A program made the position numbers and the translations under genes. The notes under the pieces are model-generated. The model worked only from the letters and a program-made list of their open reading frames with translations. It had not been told where the DNA came from and ran no database searches. Of a stretch of 64,000 bases of DNA, positions 42,516 to 53,084 are shown piece by piece; the first letter of the stretch is position 1; each line of letters starts with the position of its first letter. The stretch comes from Microcoleus sp. (GTDB taxonomy: Bacteria > Cyanobacteriota > Cyanobacteriia > Cyanobacteriales > Microcoleaceae): NCBI GenBank assembly GCA_042408215.1, contig JAYFMW010000014.1, forward strand, positions 49,555 through 113,554. Reading direction: 5' to 3'.

Positions 42516-42700
42516 AAGGTGCGTCGCTTTCAGAGTCAATCTGTAAGTTCCATTGAAAATGGAACAGCGACGCACCCTACAAATTAGCTAGAAGTAGGAA
42601 ACCCGGTTTTGAAGAGAAGCCGGGTTTCTCTAATAGTAAGGTGCGTCGCCTTCTATAATCTGTAAGGAAAGATAGAACATCTGGTAGCGACGCACCCTAC
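42516..42700. repeat. REP-like GGTGCGTCGC...GCGACGCACC hairpin pairs downstream of dnaK
   Basis: Two copies; same family as the array at 49817-50027. Confidence 0.75.
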
Positions 42701-42768
42701 AAATTATTTATAGAACCGAAAGGATGTCACCGCAATCAATATTAATATTGCAATCAGGAGTAATCTAA

Positions 42769-43281
42769 ATGTCTCGTTCTCCTATACAAAATTCCTCCAC
42801 AAATACTCTCAGCAAATCCCATGTTGCATCCTTGCGGCGACTCCGCCGCATCAGCCATTTACTAGACAATGCAATTCCCATTCCCGGCACAAAATATCGC
42901 ATTGGACTCGATCCAATCTTGGGACTTATACCGGGCGGCGGCGATTTGCTAGGCTCAATTTTTGCAGGTTATATTGTCTTCAAATCCGCTCAAATGGGAG
43001 TGCCTCAAGAGACTTTAGTACAAATGGCTGCTAACATCGTATTTGATACAGTTGCTGGCACTGTACCGGTGGCTGGAGACTTATTGGATGTTGCTTGGAA
43101 AGCTAATGTCAAAAATATAGAATTGCTGGATGCTCATTTAGGTTCCCCCGAACAAGGCAAAAAAGCCGATTGGTTGTTTGTGGCGGCTTTGCTGTTGGGT
43201 TTGATGTTAATTGTCGGAGGTGTAATTTTCTTGAGCGTGACGCTTTTAGGGTGGCTATTTCGAGCGGTGACAGGGGGTTGA
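42769..43281 (+). CDS. DUF4112 membrane protein
   Basis: LLDNAIPIPGT..RIGLDPILGLIPGGGD, PVAGDLLDVAWKAN. Confidence 0.88.
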   Translation: MSRSPIQNSSTNTLSKSHVASLRRLRRISHLLDNAIPIPGTKYRIGLDPILGLIPGGGDLLGSIFAGYIVFKSAQMGVPQETLVQMAANIVFDTVAGTVPVAGDLLDVAWKANVKNIELLDAHLGSPEQGKKADWLFVAALLLGLMLIVGGVIFLSVTLLGWLFRAVTGG

Positions 43282-43330
43282 TGTTGGATTTTAGGGTAAA
43301 AGTAATAGATTTGCGATCGCCGGCAACAAT

Positions 43331-43688
43331 TTACTGCACGCTTTCCTGATATTCAGCTAATTCCGCGGCTAAATCTGCCTCAATTTCAGGGCGGTTAGCA
43401 TGATAGTAACATAGCGCTGCATAGACTTGTGCCAAGTTTAAATATAGCGGTTCTTAAGAAAGTGAGGTATGCCCTATGCCCTATGCCCTATGCCCTATGC
43501 AACTCGGGCACCTCATGTTACTGAGAAAGGCTATACGGAATTTCATTGAGTATTTCTTCTACACTCCAGTCCTGGTTTATTCCAAACGGCAATTTGAGCG
43601 AGAGAAATTCTGCTTCCCACAATGCGGGGCCGCCCTCCACAGGTTTCGTACAGACAACCAGGGTGCTAATGTCGATCGCAGTTGACAT
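43331..43688 (-). pseudogene. DUF433 protein remnant interrupted by a TA-flanked MITE (43445..43533)
   Basis: MSTAIDISTLVV... and EIPY|LNLAQVYAALCYYHANRPEIEADL rejoin when the MITE is removed; additional frameshifts are present. Confidence 0.7.
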
Positions 43689-43697
43689 AGTTACCTC

Positions 43698-43894
43698 TTA
43701 CGCGAAACTCAAACAAGCCACAATATCCTGTTGCGTGAGATAGGGAAAATCATCAAGAATTTCTTGATAAGTCATCCCAGAAGCGAGATATTCCAACAAG
43801 TCATAAACCGTATTCTCATACCTCGAATACAAGGTTTACCACCAGGTTTACCCGGTTCGATGGTAATGATATTAGTGATATCTTGTTCTGACAT
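43698..43894 (-). pseudogene. DUF433 protein remnant
   Basis: ITIEPGKPGGKPCIRGMRI, then out of frame LLEYLASGMTYQEILDDFPYLTQQDIVACL. Confidence 0.75.
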
Positions 43895-44341
43895 GGCACT
43901 TTTCCTTGAGCTTATATAGTCCTGGACGCACGGGTAGTCAGAAACCGGGTTTTTTGCGAGAAGACGCCTTACAGCCCGCAGAAACCGCAAAAACCCGGTT
44001 TCTTTGTCGGAGTGCGTAAGTCCCGAAAGGGATAGAGTTATAATAACTTTTGATAATTTCTAGCATTTTATTAGTTGCTTTAATTTCCTAATTCACCTTA
44101 ACTCAATCCCCCCACAGCCAACACTCGCATCAAGTCCCATCAGGGGCGTGTCAGAGCCTTTTTGGGTATCTTTTCGCCGATCGCCCCCCATCGTGCAATA
44201 ATGATATGACTTGCACAAAAACTCTATTAGTAGGTAAGTCTTGCCCAGGTTACCTCTACCTATAGCGTCTCAACTGTCAACCCGTGCAAGTTCCCAATCA
44301 AATCGGCTGTTGCACTACACAATTTTTTCCTATTTTTCCTA

Positions 44342-45370
44342 ATGGCTGAAGTCCCCCAAAATCCCACAGAACTTGCAGAAGCCCTCAAAGGCTTTACCGA
44401 CATTAACTTCCAATTACCCGATCCCGAAGACGAACAAATACCCGACTTCGACTTTGACAAACAAGTTGACAATGCTTGGAAAGTGTGCGATCGCTTCGAC
44501 TTACAAACCGACATCTGGCGCGGACGCATTCTCCGAACAGTCAGAGACAGAGAAAAAAAAGGTGGCGACGGACGCGGCACCGGCTTCTTGAACTGGTTAA
44601 AAGAACGAGAAATAGGCAAAAGTCAAGCCTATTCCCTGATAGAATTAGCAAAGAGTGCCGATACTCTCATCGAGCAAGGAGATTTAGACCCAGATTCCAT
44701 TAAAAACTTCAGCAAAAGAGCCTTTGTAGAAACAGCCAAATCATCCCCAGAAGTGCAGCAAATGGTAACAGATGCAGCATCAAAAGGCGATCGAATCACC
44801 AGGCGCGAAGTCAAACAACTCTCCGACGAATGGATGGCCATGAACTCAGACTTACTCCCAGAAGAAGTCAAAGAAAAAGCATCTACCGGCTCACTTCCTC
44901 CCCGCTACCTCGCTCCTTTAGTCAAAGAAATGGAGAAACTCTCCCCATCTCACCAAACAGAAATTCAAAAAGAAGTAGCAGAAAATCCCGACTTAGATAC
45001 TGTTAAACAACTAACTTCCGATGCCAAAAACTTATCTAAATATCTCGACTCAGCCGCCCAAGTGCAAGCTCTCAATCAGTCCCACTTAGACATGGAAATG
45101 GCCTTAGAAGAATCCTTACGAGTAGGCTGTTTGGGAACCACAGCCGATGTCGTAAAACAAGCTGCACTGCTAGAACAAACAGTAGTAAAACTCTACACCA
45201 TTTGGAAACGCTTAGGCAGTTTAACAGATAGATTGTATGTAGATACAGGAGCAAGCACCCCCAATTTACGGTTGCTTTTGGGATGCTTAGACAGTCTTTC
45301 TGGAGAAAAAATCGAAGTAGATTTCGGAGATGGAGAACGCTCTATTCGCTTGCAAATTTTCAGCGAATAA
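44342..45370 (+). CDS. Hypothetical protein
   Basis: 342-aa ORF with host-like codon usage and HIP1 sites; no function recognised. Confidence 0.75.
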   Translation: MAEVPQNPTELAEALKGFTDINFQLPDPEDEQIPDFDFDKQVDNAWKVCDRFDLQTDIWRGRILRTVRDREKKGGDGRGTGFLNWLKEREIGKSQAYSLIELAKSADTLIEQGDLDPDSIKNFSKRAFVETAKSSPEVQQMVTDAASKGDRITRREVKQLSDEWMAMNSDLLPEEVKEKASTGSLPPRYLAPLVKEMEKLSPSHQTEIQKEVAENPDLDTVKQLTSDAKNLSKYLDSAAQVQALNQSHLDMEMALEESLRVGCLGTTADVVKQAALLEQTVVKLYTIWKRLGSLTDRLYVDTGASTPNLRLLLGCLDSLSGEKIEVDFGDGERSIRLQIFSE

Positions 45371-45661
45371 ATCCCGTAAATATCGGCGTTAATCCGCGTT
45401 CATCTGCGGTGAAAAATTTTCCACCTCCTCCAAAGATAGCGAGGATGGAAATAACGCCGATATTTTGTAACGCAGGACACGGCAATGCCGTTTCCCTACC
45501 CCAATAATCAATCTTGAGGACAGGGCAATGCCGTTTCCCTACCTGTTATATCAAATCCGTTGGTATCGTCCTGTATTCATCTCTCTCTTCTCTTCCTCTG
45601 TGCCCTCTGCGCTCTCTGCGGTTTAATCATTCCGATGCAACCGAAATTGATATTATCCCAT

Positions 45662-46480
45662 TTAATTCTTAATCCCCGTCGCCGCAATACCCCGCATAAA
45701 CTGCCGCTGACCCGCCAAAAACAGCAACACCACCGGCAGAGTCCCAATTACCACGGCGGCCATCAACAACTGCCAACTGCTAGTAAACTGTTCCTGAAAC
45801 TCAGCCAAAGCCAACTGTACCGTCCGCAACTCCGGCCGCGTCGTAAACACCAGCGGCTTAAACAAATCGTTCCACTCCCCGATAAAAGTAAACAAAAACA
45901 GCGTCACCAAAGCAGGGCGCGCCAAAGGCAACATCACCCGCCACAAAACCTGCCAGCGGTTAGCCCCATCCAGCATTGCCGCCTCTTCGAGCTCCACCGG
46001 AATTGTCAGGAAATATTGACGCAGCAGAAAAATCCCAAAACCATTAGCAGCCGTCGGCAAAATTAGCGCCCCGTAAGTATTCAGCAAATGGCCCCACTTC
46101 AAAACCAAGAAAATTGGAATCACCAAAAGCTGAAAGGGAATTACCAGCGTTGCCAAAACCCCCAACACAATCGCCTGTCGCCCGCGAAACTTCAGCCTGG
46201 CCAAGGCGTAACCAGCCAAAGCCGAAGTTATGACCTGAAAACCGGTCACTGCGATCGCCACTAGAGTAGAATTAAGGAATGCCAACAAAAAATTTCCCCG
46301 CCGCCAAGCCTCCTGATAGTTCGCGAAAGTTAGGCCAGTGGTGTTGACACCGACACCAGATGGTGATACAGAAACCAAAAATACAGCAGCTAATGGTAGC
46401 AGCACCAGCGCTGCCCCCGCCAGCAACAACAGAAAACTCAGCATTTGCAGCGCCTTAGACCTGTCAAACCATTTACCCAT
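45662..46480 (-). CDS. Carbohydrate ABC transporter permease
   Basis: EAA loop ELEEAAMLDGA, AGYALARLKFRG, WNDLFKPL. Confidence 0.9.
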   Translation of the reverse strand: MGKWFDRSKALQMLSFLLLLAGAALVLLPLAAVFLVSVSPSGVGVNTTGLTFANYQEAWRRGNFLLAFLNSTLVAIAVTGFQVITSALAGYALARLKFRGRQAIVLGVLATLVIPFQLLVIPIFLVLKWGHLLNTYGALILPTAANGFGIFLLRQYFLTIPVELEEAAMLDGANRWQVLWRVMLPLARPALVTLFLFTFIGEWNDLFKPLVFTTRPELRTVQLALAEFQEQFTSSWQLLMAAVVIGTLPVVLLFLAGQRQFMRGIAATGIKN

Positions 46481-46679
46481 CTCAACCTCCGGGGGACGAC
46501 TGCCGACTCTCGCTCTCGCTTGGTGGCGAGAGCCGTCACAAACTTCTGAATTAACCTAAAATAGTAAGCCTGTGATGGTATCATACCCGACCGCCCCCCA
46601 GATGCCCTAAGACTGATAAATTAATTGTTGAAAATAGTTAAAGTGTACTATGGCTTCATTGAAGTTAAAATAACTTTAC

Positions 46680-47111
46680 CGACAATTTGGGTAAAAGCCC
46701 CGTCCTTCTAGGACAGCTTCAATCCTCTAAACTTCTTTCAAAAGTTTCCAAGTTAATACCACAGGTAGAATAACCGCTAGCACAAATGGATAATCCACCC
46801 CAAAATGACTGGCTAGGAAATAATAATGGTTAGTGGGCGGCGAGAACCACGATAAACATAGCTAGGGTAGTCAACGCACACCCACAACCAGAAAAATTAA
46901 GAACTTGCTAGTCAAGTGTACCGTGGGGCACACGGAAACAAGGGGAGCAATCCTCTAAAGCTTGGAGAGATAAGCCCTCTGGGATTGTCTAAGTTAGACT
47001 CGGGACTTTGTTCGATCGAACGGGTTTTTGGTTTAAGTAATGCCGCAAGGATAGGCAATTTAAAGGTGTATCGGTGAACCAAGAATCCCCGTACCGGGCG
47101 GGGAGTGTCAA
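46680..47111 (+). mobile_element. ORF-less tnpB-derived IS605 MITE, target TTAC
   Basis: TTAC|cgacaatttgggta-AAAG-ccccgtcc; internal ccgtggggcacacggaa resembles the 3' end of tnpB 62055; ends GAAT...gagtgTCAA. Confidence 0.8.
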
Positions 47112-47182
47112 TTGGTATTGTAAAACTTCATTAAGATTGTAAGCATCAATAGACAATGGTAGTATCATATAGTCAGAAGTGT

Positions 47183-47370
47183 CGATTGATTAACGCCGAT
47201 GTTAACGGGTCTTACAATATTTTGAGAAAAGCAATCCCAAATGCGTTTAGCACTCTTGATAGAGAGCTGCGTAGTTCAGCTTTAGAAGGGTTAATCCGCT
47301 CGAAGTGAAAGCGAAAGGGGAGGGACTCAACGCCTCCCATGTCATGTAATAGATGACTATACTTTTACCA
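47183..47370 (+). pseudogene. tnpB 3' remnant with right-end sequence, just upstream of ado
   Basis: Translates LINADVNGSYNILRKAIPNAF. Confidence 0.7.
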
Positions 47371-47408
47371 GCTATTTGCTCAATCACAATCAGGAGACTA
47401 CATATCAT

Positions 47409-48101
47409 ATGCCCCAGCTTGAGGCGATCCCAGCAATTGACTTTCAAACCGCAACTTACAAAGATGCTTACAGCCGAATCAACGCCATTGTGATTGAAGG
47501 CGAACAAGAAGCTCATGACAATTACCTTACGCTGGCCCAAATGTTAGCTGACAAAAAGGAAGAGTTAATTGATTTGTCTAAGATGGAGAACCGCCATATG
47601 AAAGGCTTCCAAGCTTGTGGCCGGAATCTCAAAGTCACGCCGGACATGGTATTTGCCAAGGAGTTCTTTTCAGAACTGCACGGGAATTTCCAAAAAGCCT
47701 CTGCCGAAGGTAAGGTTGTAACTTGCTTGTTGATTCAATCGCTGATTATCGAGTGTTTTGCGATCGCAGCCTACAACATTTACATCCCCGTCGCCGACGA
47801 CTTCGCCCGCAAAATCACCGAAGGCGTCGTCAAAGAAGAATACAGCCACCTCAACTTTGGCGAAGTCTGGCTGCAAGCTCACTTTGAAGAATCCAAAGCC
47901 GAACTCGAAGCAGCCAACCGCCAAAACTTGCCCATCATCTGGAGACTGCTAAACGCTGTCGCAGACGATGCGCGCATCTTGGGCATGGAAAAAGATGCTT
48001 TAATTGAAGACTTTATGATTGCCTACGGCGAAGCCCTCGGCAACATTGGCTTTAATAACCGCGAAATCATGCGGATGTCAGCACAAGGCCTCGCAGGCTA
48101 A
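47409..48101 (+). CDS. ado: Aldehyde-deformylating oxygenase
   Basis: [48 protein letters not shown]. Confidence 0.97.
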   Translation: MPQLEAIPAIDFQTATYKDAYSRINAIVIEGEQEAHDNYLTLAQMLADKKEELIDLSKMENRHMKGFQACGRNLKVTPDMVFAKEFFSELHGNFQKASAEGKVVTCLLIQSLIIECFAIAAYNIYIPVADDFARKITEGVVKEEYSHLNFGEVWLQAHFEESKAELEAANRQNLPIIWRLLNAVADDARILGMEKDALIEDFMIAYGEALGNIGFNNREIMRMSAQGLAG

Positions 48102-48270
48102 TCAATTGGGAAATAAGGAATGGGATCAAAATTAAAAATTAAAACTTTTAAATTTTCCCTTCTTCCTTCTTCCTTCTTCCTTCTGACTGACCTCCGTTAC
48201 ATCCGTTAAATCCGTGGAGCGAATCCGTTGCCGAACTTCCTTCTTCCTTCTTCCTTTATTTGACAACTTA

Positions 48271-49293
48271 ATGTTTGGTTTAATCGGTCACTTAACCAGC
48301 TTAGAACACGCCCAATCGGTAGCTAAAGAGCTGGGCTATCCAGAATACGCCGATCAAGGTCTCGATTTTTGGTGCAGCGCACCGCCCCAAATAGTTGATA
48401 CTATCACTGTCACTAGCATCACTGGGCAAAAAATAGAAGGCCGCTATGTGGAATCCTGTTTTCTGCCAGAAATGCTAGCCACTCGCCGGATTAAAGCAGC
48501 CACCCGCAAAATCCTGAACGCGATGGCTCACGCTCAAAAAAACGGGATTAATATCACTGCTTTAGGTGGCTTTTCTTCGATCATTTTTGAAACCTTCAAC
48601 TTGCAGCAAATTAAGCAAATTCGCAATCTCAAGTTGGACTTTGAGCGATTCACCACTGGTAATACTCATACGGCTTACATCCTCTGCCGCCAAGTAGAAC
48701 AAGCAGCCCCCAAACTAGGGATTGAATTGTCAAAGGCTACTGTAGCTGTTTGTGGTGCTACTGGCGATATCGGCAGTGCTGTGTGTCGCTGGCTTAATGC
48801 CAAAAATAATGTAGCAGAATTGTTGCTAATTGCCCGTGATAAAGAACGGTTGCAAGACTTGCAGACCGAATTGGGGCGAGGTAAAATTATGGGCTTGGAA
48901 GAAGCCCTGCCCCAAGCTGATATTGTCGTCTGGGTAGCGAGTATGCCGAAGGGGGTAGAAATTGATCCTTCTACATTGAAGCAACCTTGTTTGCTAATTG
49001 ACGGTGGTTATCCGAAAAATCTGGCAACTCAGGTTCAGCATCCCGAAATTTATGTGCTCAATGGTGGCATTGTGGAGCATTCCCTCGATATTGAGTGGAA
49101 AATCATGAAGATTGTCAATATGGATGTACCAGGAAGACAGTTGTTTGCCTGTTTTGCGGAATCCATGCTGCTGGAATTTGAAAAGTTGTACACCAATTTT
49201 TCTTGGGGACGCAATCAAATTACGGTGGAAAAGATGGAGCAAATCGGTGAGATTTCTGTTAAACACGGTTTCCGACCTTTGATGTCATTTTGA
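48271..49293 (+). CDS. aar: Long-chain acyl-ACP reductase
   Basis: [44 protein letters not shown]. Confidence 0.97.
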   Translation: MFGLIGHLTSLEHAQSVAKELGYPEYADQGLDFWCSAPPQIVDTITVTSITGQKIEGRYVESCFLPEMLATRRIKAATRKILNAMAHAQKNGINITALGGFSSIIFETFNLQQIKQIRNLKLDFERFTTGNTHTAYILCRQVEQAAPKLGIELSKATVAVCGATGDIGSAVCRWLNAKNNVAELLLIARDKERLQDLQTELGRGKIMGLEEALPQADIVVWVASMPKGVEIDPSTLKQPCLLIDGGYPKNLATQVQHPEIYVLNGGIVEHSLDIEWKIMKIVNMDVPGRQLFACFAESMLLEFEKLYTNFSWGRNQITVEKMEQIGEISVKHGFRPLMSF

Positions 49294-49376
49294 TGTGACT
49301 GATTGCGGTTATTGGTTATTTAGGAAAGTTTTTCCGACAATAACCAGTAACTTTTTTAATCCATAAAACAGTAGGA

Positions 49377-49800
49377 ATGGAGATTGTTTCTATTAAATAC
49401 AGGTGCTTCTAATAATATTGACGATATCCAGAATTAAACTAATTATCATACCAATTTAAATATCGAAATAAACCCAAATATTGCTCCGCTTCATATATGG
49501 AATAAAGGACATTGGGTGTTTTTAGTATTTACCCAAGCGTTAATTATTAGTTTAAATGGCTTGCTTGCTGCCATTGGGAACGACCAACTCGACCAAGCAA
49601 AAGTTGAGTGAGAAACGACTACTGAACTGATGTACGCATCGGGAGCAGCAATGAAATTAACTGGAAACTTTACTAAAAAGAAATATGAAAGTGAAATTCG
49701 TCCTACTATGACTATTGGCAATCCCCAATCATTAGTACAATCCGATAATTTAAGTGGGTTAATGATGTGGGATCGCGATGCTCTAATTAATATCGTAAGC
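49377..49800 (+). pseudogene. Decayed gene resembling His-ligated heme tyrosine hydroxylases (LmbB2/TyrH-like)
   Basis: One frame reads HIWNKGHWVFLVFTQ...VE*ETTTELMYASGAAMKLTGNF...YESEIRPTM...LSGLMMWD with an internal TGA at 49609. The family match is recalled, not searched. Confidence 0.4.
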
Positions 49801-49816
49801 AGAAACTATTGCCAAT

Positions 49817-50027
49817 TAGGGTGCGTCGCTGTGAGCTCTTCAATGGAACTTGCAGATTGTTGATGGCGACGCACCTTACTGTTAGTTCTGTAGGGTGCGT
49901 CGCTGTGAGATATTCAATGGAACTTGCAGATTGTTGATGGCGACGCACCTTACTGTTAGTTCTGTAGGGTGCGTCGCTGTGAGATATTCAATGGAACTTG
50001 CAGATTGTTGATGGCGACGCACCTTAC
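49817..50027. repeat. 3 x 74-bp REP-like tandem repeat
   Basis: agggtgcgtcgc...gcgacgcaccttac starts at 49818, 49892 and 49966. Confidence 0.92.
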
Positions 50028-50057
50028 TTACTACAAGATTGTGTGTACCACATATAC

Positions 50058-51005
50058 ATGGAATATGCTGTATATTACGTATCATTGCGAGGAACGAAGC
50101 AATCCCAAAGCACAAGCGAATTGCCAGGCATTTGGGAGAATATGTTTCGTGTTTCACCTGTTAGCAGAGACGATGATTTATTTGATATTGGTGGAGACTC
50201 TTTGTCTGTTGTGTCTTTCTTTGAAAAACTGAAGCAGGAATTTAGGGTAGACATTCCCCTTTCCCACTTTGTCAATGAGTCGTCCCTCGCATCTTTATCA
50301 AGGCTGTTCGACAAATACAAACAGGAAAAACCATCTCTAATAGTTGAAGTGTGCTTGAGTGATTTTGAAATCGTTGCTTTCGAGGAGCAATATTTAGAAC
50401 AGACTGTGGAATTAGTCAGCGAATCCTTCACCTCAAGAGAACCCTTGGGAGTTAGCTTGGGTATTCAGAAAGAAGAGTTTAATATATTTTCAGAAAAAAT
50501 TTGTATAAACTGCCTGTGCGATAGTTTATCCTTCCTGGCGTTGCATCGACTTTCTAGAAATGTTATTGGATTTTGTTTGTGTGAAGATTTTGCAAGTTCT
50601 CTGGCAGGGGAATTTGAGATACCTGAGTTCTTGAATCCAATTTTTGAGATATTGGATTCTCTAGATCAAATGTATCTCAAAAGTTACGGGGCGGTGAAAG
50701 TAGGAGAGATTGTCCATGTCTTTATGTCTGGTACGTCTTCAGATGTAGAAGGTACTGCTATTGTCTTAGCTTTAGAAAAGAAGGTACTTGAAGTGGCTGC
50801 AAGTTTGAATTACAAGCGGGCTGTGACAACTTGTAGCCATTCGGTTACAAGCTATATTGCTCAAGAGTTGGGATATCAACGAAGATATGCCGTGCAGTAC
50901 GAGTCTTTTGAGTTTGAGAACAAGCGAGTTTTTTCCAATGTTGTTGCTCCTCATAAAGAAGCAGTGCTGTTTGAAAAAGTCCTTGAAAAACAATCGTTCC
51001 ATTGA
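50058..51005 (+). CDS. Carrier (PCP) domain fused to an Ebony-like AANAT/GNAT-fold domain; probably a 5'-truncated NRPS-like gene
   Basis: IWENMF...[12 protein letters not shown] (Ppant Ser at 50199), then [15 protein letters not shown]...[32 protein letters not shown]...VTTCSHSVT. Sequence upstream of ~50115 is repeat-derived, so the start is uncertain. Confidence 0.75.
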   Translation: MEYAVYYVSLRGTKQSQSTSELPGIWENMFRVSPVSRDDDLFDIGGDSLSVVSFFEKLKQEFRVDIPLSHFVNESSLASLSRLFDKYKQEKPSLIVEVCLSDFEIVAFEEQYLEQTVELVSESFTSREPLGVSLGIQKEEFNIFSEKICINCLCDSLSFLALHRLSRNVIGFCLCEDFASSLAGEFEIPEFLNPIFEILDSLDQMYLKSYGAVKVGEIVHVFMSGTSSDVEGTAIVLALEKKVLEVAASLNYKRAVTTCSHSVTSYIAQELGYQRRYAVQYESFEFENKRVFSNVVAPHKEAVLFEKVLEKQSFH

Positions 51006-51024
51006 CATATACAGGAGAAAAATA

Positions 51025-51468
51025 ATGGCTCGAATTAGACTGATGCACGCCAAGTTACATAATGTGCGCGTAACGGATGCAAATGTTAATTATGTCGGCA
51101 GCGTCACCATTGACAGTGAATTGATCGATAAGGTGGGAATTCTGCCTTTGCAGGAGGTGGAAATTTGGAATGTTAGCAATGGCAACCGCTTGTCAACCTA
51201 CGTGTTGCCAGGAGAGCCTGGAAGTGGTGTGATTTGTCTCAATGGTGCAGCCGCTCATTTGTGCGATCCTGGAGATTTTGTGATTATTGCTGCTTATGAA
51301 GAACGCGATCGCGCGGAGGTATTCCGCACCGGACACGAGGCGCGGGTGGTGATTGCCGATGAACACAATCGCTGTAAACAGTTTTTATCCCAGACTTTAG
51401 CTCCCCGCCAGGGTAAACTCATATTTAACTCCGAGTCCACTCAAACACCAGCAACAACCAATAGCTAG
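51025..51468 (+). CDS. panD: Aspartate 1-decarboxylase
   Basis: [15 protein letters not shown] autocleavage site, [23 protein letters not shown] at 51013. Confidence 0.93.
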   Translation: MARIRLMHAKLHNVRVTDANVNYVGSVTIDSELIDKVGILPLQEVEIWNVSNGNRLSTYVLPGEPGSGVICLNGAAAHLCDPGDFVIIAAYEERDRAEVFRTGHEARVVIADEHNRCKQFLSQTLAPRQGKLIFNSESTQTPATTNS

Positions 51469-51473
51469 ATAAT

Positions 51474-52664
51474 ATGCAGTTTAAACCTAAATCCCTAGGC
51501 TTCACCGTAATTCTTGGTGTTTTGGCTGCATTACTACCGCTATCAATAGATATGGGACTACCAGCTTTTCCTGCCATTGGTACTTCACTAAATGCCTCTC
51601 CTGCGGCTGTAGGACTAACACTCAGTCTATTTATGGCTGGCTATGCTATATCGCAACTCGCCTTTGGTCCATTGTCCGATCGCTACGGGCGCAAACCAAT
51701 CTTACTCATAGGCTGCGGACTTTTTACCTTTGCCAGTGCTGCTTGTGCGATCGCCCCATCAATTAATGCTCTCGTGGCTTGGCGCTTTTTTCAGGGTGCT
51801 GGTGCTGGTGCTGGTATGACGTTGATGCTGGTAATGGTTCGCGATCTGTTTGAAGGTGCTACTGCTCGCGCCCAGCTATCCTACATTAGCCTAGCGATCA
51901 ACACAGCACCAATCATTGCACCAACCATTGGTGTGGGAATATTGGCGATCGCTAACTGGCAAGCTATCTATGGGGTATTAGCTGTAGTAGGAATGGTACT
52001 TGTACTGGCTATTACACTCGGACTTGATGAGTCAATTAAAAGTCGGGATCTAAATGCTATCAAACCACATCGGCTGATCGGAAATTATCTGCGTGTTCTT
52101 AATAACCGAGTTTTTATTGGATATGCTCTTGTCGATGCACTCAGTTTTGGATGTCTGTTTGCTTACGTTGCAGCTTCATCACTTGTAATGATTAATGTTC
52201 TAGGGATATCAACAACAACTTATGGGTTGATCTTTGCTTCCACTGGTATTGGTATTATGGCAGGGTCTTTGATCAGTGGACTACTGAACAATCGTGGCGT
52301 GCCATCACCAAGATTGCTTGGCTTTGGTTTAGTAATGTCTGCCACGTCAGCTATTGCACTTGTATTAGTTTCGATGACTGATGCTGCTCAGTTACTTACA
52401 CTATTACCTCTGCTCATCATTAACACCTTTTGTGATGGACTAATCGCACCTAATGCTATCCATCATGCACTTGAATCAGTGGAAGATGTTGCTGGTAGTG
52501 CCGCCGCCCTAATAGGATTTCTGGAGATGTTAAGCGGTTCCTTGGCAAGTGTCCTGATTAGCTTTTTCTTTGATGGAGAAACCGTAAATATCATGTCTCA
52601 GGTTATGGCATTATTTGCGATCGCTTCCCTTGCTACATATACTCAACTGCAATTTCATAAATAA
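51474..52664 (+). CDS. Bcr/CflA-family MFS efflux transporter
   Basis: PLSIDMGLPAFP, GPLSDRYGRKP, MVRDLF, AGSAAALIG. Confidence 0.9.
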   Translation: MQFKPKSLGFTVILGVLAALLPLSIDMGLPAFPAIGTSLNASPAAVGLTLSLFMAGYAISQLAFGPLSDRYGRKPILLIGCGLFTFASAACAIAPSINALVAWRFFQGAGAGAGMTLMLVMVRDLFEGATARAQLSYISLAINTAPIIAPTIGVGILAIANWQAIYGVLAVVGMVLVLAITLGLDESIKSRDLNAIKPHRLIGNYLRVLNNRVFIGYALVDALSFGCLFAYVAASSLVMINVLGISTTTYGLIFASTGIGIMAGSLISGLLNNRGVPSPRLLGFGLVMSATSAIALVLVSMTDAAQLLTLLPLLIINTFCDGLIAPNAIHHALESVEDVAGSAAALIGFLEMLSGSLASVLISFFFDGETVNIMSQVMALFAIASLATYTQLQFHK

Positions 52665-52819
52665 ACATCTCCGAAAAAAAATTAAATTATGGTAGAAAAA
52701 TCTAAAAAAGATGGACTGGATGAGCCAAGAATCCGCCGTACTCAGCGTCGGCGGAGTGTCAACAAAAGACGAGTCGAAAGCCAGGCTGTTTTGCTTCTCC
52801 CCCACTCCCCTCTCCCATC

Positions 52820-52957
52820 AGGGCTGTTTCATTCTCAGGAAAACCAGGGTTTTGTAGGGGTAGTACCCCCGTGGGGACCCTCCCCATCCACGATTTCCTG
52901 TTTCAGGGATTGGGGCCGCCACGGGGGGCGGCCCCTACAAGAGAATGAAACAGCCCT
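52820..52957. mobile_element. MITE with perfect 17-bp TIRs enclosing a GTAGGGG/CCCCTAC REP pair
   Basis: AGGGCTGTTTCATTCTC ... GAGAATGAAACAGCCCT. Confidence 0.75.
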
Positions 52958-53084
52958 ACCTCTCCCCTCCTCCCCCCTCGCAACTCGCAACTCAAAACTC
53001 AAAACTCAAAACCATTCCCTACGCGGTAGGATCTGGAAAGAGTCGATCGACAAAACCTGACAAAACCTTATAGAAATTCTCAGC

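Noticed and set aside
49817..50027. Mini-CRISPR
   Set aside because: The intervening sequences are identical, and the same REP family occurs at 42516-42700.
49998..50114. N-terminus of the 335-aa ORF
   Set aside because: Starts at a TTG inside the REP array; recognisable domain sequence begins only at ~50115.
50857..51024. N-terminal extension of panD
   Set aside because: Overlaps the upstream gene; AGGAG supports ATG 51025.
52689..53060. 123-aa ORF before accA
   Set aside because: Mostly MITE/REP and heptamer-repeat sequence.
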